Notes under the pieces: generated by a model
Seen by the model: only the letters and a program-made list of their open reading frames with translations
The model's database searches: none
What the model was told of the DNA's origin: nothing
Assembly (NCBI GenBank): GCA_020353515.1
Contig: CP070695.1
Span: forward strand, 3,678,277-3,742,276
Length of the DNA: 64,000 bases
Direction: 5' to 3'
Origin: Candidatus Heimdallarchaeota archaeon
GTDB taxonomy: Archaea; Asgardarchaeota; Heimdallarchaeia; Hodarchaeales; Hodarchaeaceae
In this document: positions 57,943 to 64,000 of the stretch, one piece after another
How positions within the stretch are numbered: position 1 is the stretch's first letter
How the letters are laid out: each line of letters opens with the position of its first letter
Position numbers and translations under genes: made by a program

Positions 57943-59373
57943 ATGCTTCATTTAGCTTTACTATCCTCAACAGAGCAGGAAATGATCCATAACGCGGCTT
58001 TAAATGTTTTAAAATCAGTTGGCTGCGAAATTCAGGATAAACGATGGCTCCAAGTACTCGCTGAAGCAGGAGCTAAAGTTGACTTCAAGAATTCACGAGT
58101 TTTTATCACTGATGAAGATCTGATTAGTTCATCACTTGAATCCTGCGGACGAAACATAAAAAAATTAGCAAGAGACCCGAAAAATGATTTCATCCTCGGT
58201 AATGGAACGCCAAAAGCTCATACTCCAGAAGGCATGACGTATATTATTGATTTAAAGACCAAAGAACGACGTAGATCACGAATATCTGATTTGAAAGAAT
58301 TAGCAACCATTTGCGACGCTTTAACAAACGTGGAAGCCATCATAAGTCCAATTGTCCCCGAAGAAGCCCCTCCATTATTTCAATCAGTCTTAACAATGAA
58401 AATTCTTTTGGAAAACTCATCAAAACCTATAATTCCTGGAGGAACCGCGTTAAATAGAGTATTACCCTATATCTTCCAGATACAACAAGCAGTAGCAGGA
58501 ACGCGTGATATCTCAGAATATAGTCTGGGTTTTGGGATCTTTTCGACAAGTCCATTGAAATTCTCACCTGATCAGTTGGATGTCTTATGGCAGAGTACTG
58601 AAATCGGTACTCCCTGTTCAATTGGATCAGCGCCACAGGCTGGTTCAACAGCACCAGCTCATTTAGCTGGGATGTTAACTCAATTTACTGCTGAAATACT
58701 TATGGGACTTTTTATGGGACAAACGAAAAGGCCAGGACTAGGTCAATATGTTTATATCCGTACTTATCTCATTAATCCAAGGATGGGGAATCTCAACGCG
58801 AGTAATCCCGAGGTTGGATTGATTCAAGCAGCAGCAACACAACTATTCAAAGAAAAATATCAACTACCAGTCAATGCAGGCTGGGCAGTAAGCGATTCAC
58901 ATTTAGCTGGACCTCAAGCTACTTACGAAAAAGCATACACCTGGTTAATGACAATATTAGCTAGGGCAGATATGATTTCTGGAGTTGGGGGACTTAGTAG
59001 CGGTCTTACCGCCTCTGTTTCTCAAGCTGTGATTGATAACGAAATAATTGGTTATTTAAAGCGGGGATTTTCAGGAATAGTAATAGATAAATTGCATTTA
59101 GGAGTAGATATGATTCAAAATATTGGAATTGATGAAACTTTTCTAACTCATCCTAAAACTGGTGAAATTTTACGTACGGAACGTTGGTTTTCAGAAATAT
59201 CTACTCATGACACTCATGAAATATGGAAAAAAGCTGGCTCACTTGGACTGGTAGAAGAAGCAGATAAATTGGCTCTAGAAATCATAGAAAATCATGAAGT
59301 CGAACCATTAGATCCTAATTTACAAGAAACTTTGAATAGAGTTGTACAGGACGCAAAAAAGCATTTAATCTAG
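57943..59373 (+). CDS. MttB-superfamily corrinoid methyltransferase, non-pyrrolysine
   Basis: IHNAALNVL..VG, SPLKF, GSTAP, SDSH...QATYEK, IDNEI, FLTHP.T. No in-frame TAG. Confidence 0.85.
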   Translation: MLHLALLSSTEQEMIHNAALNVLKSVGCEIQDKRWLQVLAEAGAKVDFKNSRVFITDEDLISSSLESCGRNIKKLARDPKNDFILGNGTPKAHTPEGMTYIIDLKTKERRRSRISDLKELATICDALTNVEAIISPIVPEEAPPLFQSVLTMKILLENSSKPIIPGGTALNRVLPYIFQIQQAVAGTRDISEYSLGFGIFSTSPLKFSPDQLDVLWQSTEIGTPCSIGSAPQAGSTAPAHLAGMLTQFTAEILMGLFMGQTKRPGLGQYVYIRTYLINPRMGNLNASNPEVGLIQAAATQLFKEKYQLPVNAGWAVSDSHLAGPQATYEKAYTWLMTILARADMISGVGGLSSGLTASVSQAVIDNEIIGYLKRGFSGIVIDKLHLGVDMIQNIGIDETFLTHPKTGEILRTERWFSEISTHDTHEIWKKAGSLGLVEEADKLALEIIENHEVEPLDPNLQETLNRVVQDAKKHLI

Positions 59374-59825
59374 TGTTACAGTATTCAATGAAAACGAATT
59401 CTTAAGTAAAATATATTTAAGCTATTCACGATTATGTACAAACAGAAACCAGGAATAAAACACGAGTCTTAATTACTTACAATTTTCATTAGTAAGTAAA
59501 TAATTGTAAATCAAAATAATAGACGGGTGTGGAAGAAATTACTTATGATTTTATTTCAAATCATATTATTTATTTCAATTGACGCTTTTGTGATAATCTG
59601 ACAATATAGAAGGTAAATAAAATGAAAAAAATACTGTATCAAGAAAATACGATGGAGTAGTACTCTTTGGTTTGATTTTTGGATCACTGTTCATACAAAA
59701 TCAAAATGAAAATAATCCAAAATAAGAAAGGATTATTAGAAATACTCCCATTAATTTACGTAGGGCCTTACTTTTTGATTAAGTAGCCTTACTGTTCAAC
59801 CTTTTTGGATGAGGTTTAATCTCTT

Positions 59826-61226
59826 TTAATCCAAGGGACATAACTTTGCATTGAAGTGACGGAGAATACCAGGATCATATATAATTTTCATTCCTGTAAT
59901 CTCCTCTTTGTGTTCATAGAGATCTATAACAGAATCGATAACGTAATCGAGATGTTCTTGAGAATAGACTCGTCTAGGAATTGCCAATCGGACCTGTTCC
60001 AGCTCTGGAAAAATCCATTTTCCATCTTCTTGTTGACGACTAAATGCCACAGAACCTAATTCTGCTGCACGAATCCCATGATATTCATATAAAGCGACCG
60101 TAAGTGCCCAGGCTGGAAATTCTGATTGTGGGATATGTGGGAGAAACCTTTTTACATCTAGATTTATGGAGTGCCCTCCCACTGGCTTTATAAAAGGAAT
60201 CCCAGCCTTTTCTAAACCTTTTCCTAAATATTCAAGCTGCTGATGCCTATATTCAAGATAGTCTTCTTCTAAAACTTCAGTTAAACCCCTAGCAATCGCC
60301 TCTAAATCCCGTCCAGCCAGTCCACCATATGTAGGAAATCCTTCTATTACAGTCATACGTTCTTTGATCCGACGATAGATTTGTTCGTCATTAAGAGCAA
60401 TAAATCCACCAATATTTACAAGACCATCTTTTTTCGCACTCATCATGCAGCCATCAGCATAGGAAAACATCTTTTGAGCAATCTCTTTTGGAGAAAGATT
60501 CTGATACTTTTTCTCACGTAGTTTGATGAAATATGCATTCTCGGCAAAACGGGCTGCATCCAGAAAGAAAGGGATTTTGTACTTTTTCGCAATTTTTGAA
60601 ACTTCAATTATATTTGCAAGTGAAACAGGCTGCCCTCCTCCAGCATTATTTGTCACAGTGACAACTATTAGTGATACATCACCTTTATTTTGAATAAAAT
60701 CCTCTAAGGCATTTGTATCAAGATTTCCCTTAAAATCATGTAGTAATGATGGTTTATAGGCTTCAGCTATAACAAAATCATAAGCTCGTGCACCTGATAT
60801 TTTGATATTGGCACGTGTTGTGTCAAAAAATTGATTAGAAACTGTTACCTTTGATTGATCAAGATTAAGTGCATGACAAATTAGATTTTCTGCACTGCGT
60901 CCTTGATGTGTTGGTACAACGTATTTATAACCAGTAATATCCTGAATTACATTTTCAAGGTGAAAAAAGTTCTTACATTGTGCATAAGACTCATCACCCA
61001 GCATAAGTCCAGCCCATTGGTAATCAGACATTGCTGAAGTTCCTGAATCAGTCAATAAATCAATATAGATATTTTCTGCTGCAATATTGAAGAAGTTATA
61101 TCCAGCTTCTTCTAATAATTTCTTCCGTTCTTTTCGTGTGGTCTTTTTGATTGGTTCAACTACTTTAATTTTGAATGGTGGGGGTTTCAATTTTTGATCG
61201 TTATGAGTCATTTCAATCATTTCCAA
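59826..61226 (-). CDS. tnaA: Tryptophanase (tryptophan indole-lyase)
   Basis: IDLLTDSGT, PLP Lys in SAKKD. Tryptophanase-type residues FFDTT, AELGS and LRHF rather than TPL-type YFTTT, MERG and LRFF. Confidence 0.88.
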   Translation of the reverse strand: MEMIEMTHNDQKLKPPPFKIKVVEPIKKTTRKERKKLLEEAGYNFFNIAAENIYIDLLTDSGTSAMSDYQWAGLMLGDESYAQCKNFFHLENVIQDITGYKYVVPTHQGRSAENLICHALNLDQSKVTVSNQFFDTTRANIKISGARAYDFVIAEAYKPSLLHDFKGNLDTNALEDFIQNKGDVSLIVVTVTNNAGGGQPVSLANIIEVSKIAKKYKIPFFLDAARFAENAYFIKLREKKYQNLSPKEIAQKMFSYADGCMMSAKKDGLVNIGGFIALNDEQIYRRIKERMTVIEGFPTYGGLAGRDLEAIARGLTEVLEEDYLEYRHQQLEYLGKGLEKAGIPFIKPVGGHSINLDVKRFLPHIPQSEFPAWALTVALYEYHGIRAAELGSVAFSRQQEDGKWIFPELEQVRLAIPRRVYSQEHLDYVIDSVIDLYEHKEEITGMKIIYDPGILRHFNAKLCPLD

Positions 61227-61274
61227 AATTAAATATATATTCTGAAGAAATTAGGAAGTAATATCGTTAACCAA

Positions 61275-62681
61275 CTATTTAACTCCACGAACTTCTTCCA
61301 TTTTTGTTTCAAACTGAGTTTGCCAAGCTGGGTAATCATCTGGATTGTCAGGGTATTCAGCAAAGAGCTTTTCATAGTATTGAGCTCCTTTCACAATTTT
61401 CGAAAGCTGTAAAAGGATCCCATAACGAGGAAAGGATTTTATTGCAATTTTTAAGGTTCCAAAGAATCCTAACTGCTTACCTGCATGTAAATCTATGAAT
61501 TGCTCTTTATTCAGAATTTTTCTCTTTAATAAAAATTCAACTCCAGAGACCTTGATTCGACGTAAAGCTTCAGTAAATAATTGAACCTTGGTGTGACTTA
61601 GACCAAAATGGTTCATGACATCTACATTATATTGCCATAATTGATTTTCCGAAACATCATTCGTCTCAATCGCTTCTGATGCTGCTTTCCCAGCATAATA
61701 ACCTGCTGTTAACGCTGGCCCGTGGCCTTCCGCTGATAATGGATTTACATGAAAAGCTGCATCACCTGCGGTCAAAAATCCAGACGCGACAGCATTGGTC
61801 ATCGGGTAACGAGTGGGGATAGTGTATCCTCCCTTATCTTCTACTTCGTATGAATCAGGAGGGTAATAGTACTTGTGTAAAACTTCCCAAAAGTGTTGTT
61901 TCATTCCTCTCATCCTAGGTTCAAGAAACCACCCAATACCAACGTTGAGTCGCTTTTCACCTTTAGAAAAAACCCAAAAATAACCTGGTTCGGGAATTTC
62001 CTCCCGATAAATCAAGAAAATCTTATTATGGTAAGGATGATCCTGATTTTTCAATTTAATGATCTCACGGTAAGAAACAGCGACATCTCGTTTTTCCATC
62101 TCCTTCTCAAGAAGAGGAAATTCATCTTTGGGAAGAGTACGACGAATCTGAAAGTTCCTTCCGGAACAATCGATAGTAACTAGAGCCTTTATTTCATACG
62201 TTTCCTTATTTCTCTTATCCTGAACTACTGCTCCTATCACAGTATCAGCATCAGTAATAGCCTTAATAGCTTTAGTCTCTGTCCGTACTTCGACTCCGTA
62301 TTCTTCAGCAGTCTCTAGAAGACGTTGACCATACGGATGACGATTTAAAACATAACCGTCTCCCTGTATTGGAAAATCAGCCTTTGTGGTCTTAAAAATC
62401 AAATGTTCAACATTTTCAGCCACTTCCTCACCATGAGGTTTTTCAATGCCTAATTTTTCTTCTAAAAAAGTTGCTGGTGCTAGATTCAATGCATCACCAC
62501 ATACTTTGTTTCCAATCTCTTCATAAGGCTTTGAATCGATTAAAATCACTTTTTTTCCCATTTTGGCGGCAGTCAGCGCAGAGATCACCCCTGCAGGACC
62601 ACCACCAACAACTAAAACCTCAGTTTCTACCATAATTATCGCTTCTTCCGTATGAATTGACAAAAAGCTTTCTTGAGTCAA
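61275..62681 (-). CDS. Geranylgeranyl reductase-family flavoprotein
   Basis: GGGPAG, KVCGDA, PGYFWVF, GDAA..VNPLSAEG. Confidence 0.85.
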   Translation of the reverse strand: MTQESFLSIHTEEAIIMVETEVLVVGGGPAGVISALTAAKMGKKVILIDSKPYEEIGNKVCGDALNLAPATFLEEKLGIEKPHGEEVAENVEHLIFKTTKADFPIQGDGYVLNRHPYGQRLLETAEEYGVEVRTETKAIKAITDADTVIGAVVQDKRNKETYEIKALVTIDCSGRNFQIRRTLPKDEFPLLEKEMEKRDVAVSYREIIKLKNQDHPYHNKIFLIYREEIPEPGYFWVFSKGEKRLNVGIGWFLEPRMRGMKQHFWEVLHKYYYPPDSYEVEDKGGYTIPTRYPMTNAVASGFLTAGDAAFHVNPLSAEGHGPALTAGYYAGKAASEAIETNDVSENQLWQYNVDVMNHFGLSHTKVQLFTEALRRIKVSGVEFLLKRKILNKEQFIDLHAGKQLGFFGTLKIAIKSFPRYGILLQLSKIVKGAQYYEKLFAEYPDNPDDYPAWQTQFETKMEEVRGVK

Positions 62682-62820
62682 TGATTTTTTATTCTAGGTT
62701 AAACCCAAATTCTAAATAGAGCATAAATATTTTTGTTGATTATCAGTTTGAGTGGCATTAAAAAACTTGAAATCTTTTTTCTCCTCTCAAATGAATCTTT
62801 TTTAGAATGGGTCAATCTGG

Positions 62821-63735
62821 ATGTCCAAATACGATCGTCTAATAACACTGAAAGAGGCGGTGATGTTTTCTAATCATGCAGAAGAGAATATTCGACTTCA
62901 AATAGAGCGTGGGTTATTAAAAAAATATGATAAAAATGGAAAACTGCTGAATGATCCTTTAAGAGTGAAAGGCTTCTTTAAACTTTCTGAGATAATGTCA
63001 GTTTATAACATAAAAGATCCAGAAGAAGTTAGGAAAGAATTTTTTGCACGAAAAAAAAGTCCTGATAGTGCGAAAGACATTCTACCTGAAAATGTCATTG
63101 TCCTAAGTTCCTCTGAAATGAATAGAATGGATCACATTGTGGAGGGGAGTATTGATACATGGATTCTCTTTCCAAAGTACTCTTTAACTGAAAAACAAGA
63201 ACCTGTGACTTCCACTGAGGTCAATAAATCACCAGTTCTAAAAGATGTCTTGGAATATCTGAATCATTCTTTAAGAGTACTAAAAACTCAAGGAAATATC
63301 ATTATCCATGCAATTCCAAGTTATGCGCCTTATTTTGGTGTAAAATTAACTAAACTGGGCTTTTTCTTCAAATATTGGATTGTTTTCAATACAGCAATCC
63401 CTCACAAACGAAATTTTAGAAGATTTACACCCGTGGCTAATAGTATCCTTTATTATGTAAGAACTCCCAAAAACTTCAGAATTAATCGAGTTAGAATACC
63501 TTATCGTGTTTGTTCATTTTGTAATGAACCGTTAAAAGACTATGGGGGAAAAAAACACCTTAGACATATTGAGGGAATGGTTCTATCAGATATTTGGCAT
63601 TTTGAAAAAAAGCAATTAACTCCTGAAAATCACCTCCATTCTACAATTCTTAAACGTATAATTGATTTGTCGAGCACATCTTCAACCACCCTCTTACTTG
63701 CTCCTTTTGATGGAGAGAAACCTCATGAAGATTAG
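62821..63735 (+). CDS. HTH-fused, catalytically degenerate beta-class DNA methyltransferase-like protein
   Basis: N-terminal ITLKEA...IERGLL HTH. MTase scaffold (GSID..ILFPKY, RVLKTQG, CSFC..LKDYGG, LSDIW, LKRII) with FPKY for DPPY, ending at APFDGE instead of DPFxGxG. Confidence 0.7.
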   Translation: MSKYDRLITLKEAVMFSNHAEENIRLQIERGLLKKYDKNGKLLNDPLRVKGFFKLSEIMSVYNIKDPEEVRKEFFARKKSPDSAKDILPENVIVLSSSEMNRMDHIVEGSIDTWILFPKYSLTEKQEPVTSTEVNKSPVLKDVLEYLNHSLRVLKTQGNIIIHAIPSYAPYFGVKLTKLGFFFKYWIVFNTAIPHKRNFRRFTPVANSILYYVRTPKNFRINRVRIPYRVCSFCNEPLKDYGGKKHLRHIEGMVLSDIWHFEKKQLTPENHLHSTILKRIIDLSSTSSTTLLLAPFDGEKPHED

Positions 63736-64000
63736 AAATAAGATAATCTGTGGGGATTGTATTAGTGAAATGATGAACCTCCCCTCTAACATCATAGATT
63801 TAGCATTTGCAGATCCTCCTTATAATTTAAATAAGGATTATGGTGTATATGCAGATTCTAATTCCCCTATTGATTATCTAGAGTGGACAGAGAAATGGTT
63901 ATCCGAAATATTACGATTATTGAAACCAGGAGGGTCATTCTACCTCTTGAATCTCCCAAAATGGGCCATTCATCATGCAGTGTTTCTAGATCAATTCTTA
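63725..64000 (+). CDS. Beta-class N4-C/N6-A DNA methyltransferase (5' part; runs off the window; not in ORF track)
   Basis: MKIRNKIICGDC...IDLAFADPPYN...RLLKPGGS; open to the window end; GGAG RBS; overlaps the upstream stop. Confidence 0.9.
   Translation, partial: MKIRNKIICGDCISEMMNLPSNIIDLAFADPPYNLNKDYGVYADSNSPIDYLEWTEKWLSEILRLLKPGGSFYLLNLPKWAIHHAVFLDQFL

Noticed and set aside
59826-61274. Tyrosine phenol-lyase, or a TnaC-like leader peptide
   Set aside because: Diagnostic residues are tryptophanase-type. The 48-nt upstream gap holds no Trp-containing leader ORF.
616-62183. Many 60-150 aa ORFs in the track that overlap or lie antisense to long genes (e.g. 3977-4372, 18189-18617, 30791-31237, 36097-36450)
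   Set aside because: Shadow ORFs of well-supported genes, with no motifs of their own.
1-64000. CRISPR arrays, tRNA/rRNA genes, transposases or integrases
   Set aside because: No regularly spaced repeats, T-loop (GTTCRA) cloverleaves, rRNA-like segments or recombinase motifs were seen by eye. A tRNAscan/Infernal run would be needed to exclude short RNAs.

Overview
A 64-kb, AT-rich, gene-dense chromosomal segment. It is most likely from an Asgard archaeon (Heimdallarchaeia/Hodarchaeales-like). This is inferred from a Rab-like GTPase-fold protein, a longin + winged-helix protein, an archaeal SSB-type OB fold, a geranylgeranyl reductase, GGTG/GGAG ribosome-binding sites and TATA-type promoters. 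The first ~30 kb is rich in carbohydrate genes: two GH5, GH3, GH42, a GHL10-like enzyme, a GH161-like beta-1,3-glucan phosphorylase, ROK and PfkB kinases, a SIS protein, NagA, a HAD hydrolase, and an unusual FtsX-permease/OppD-ATPase fusion. The middle holds an ABC-2 exporter, an orphan eutA, a 3-TM + longin/WH (NPRL2-like) gene pair, a two-subunit molybdenum hydroxylase divergent from an acyl-CoA dehydrogenase-fdrA-small ORF-ylbE operon, and a Rab-like pseudo-GTPase next to a GNAT. The right end holds a heterodimeric ABC exporter, uvrA with a structured upstream region, a non-pyrrolysine MttB homologue, tnaA and a GGR. It ends with an HTH-fused, catalytically degenerate DNA methyltransferase overlapping an apparently active DPPY methyltransferase that is cut by the window edge. 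No rRNA, tRNA, CRISPR array or IS element was recognised. All calls come from motif recognition by eye; no database searches were run.
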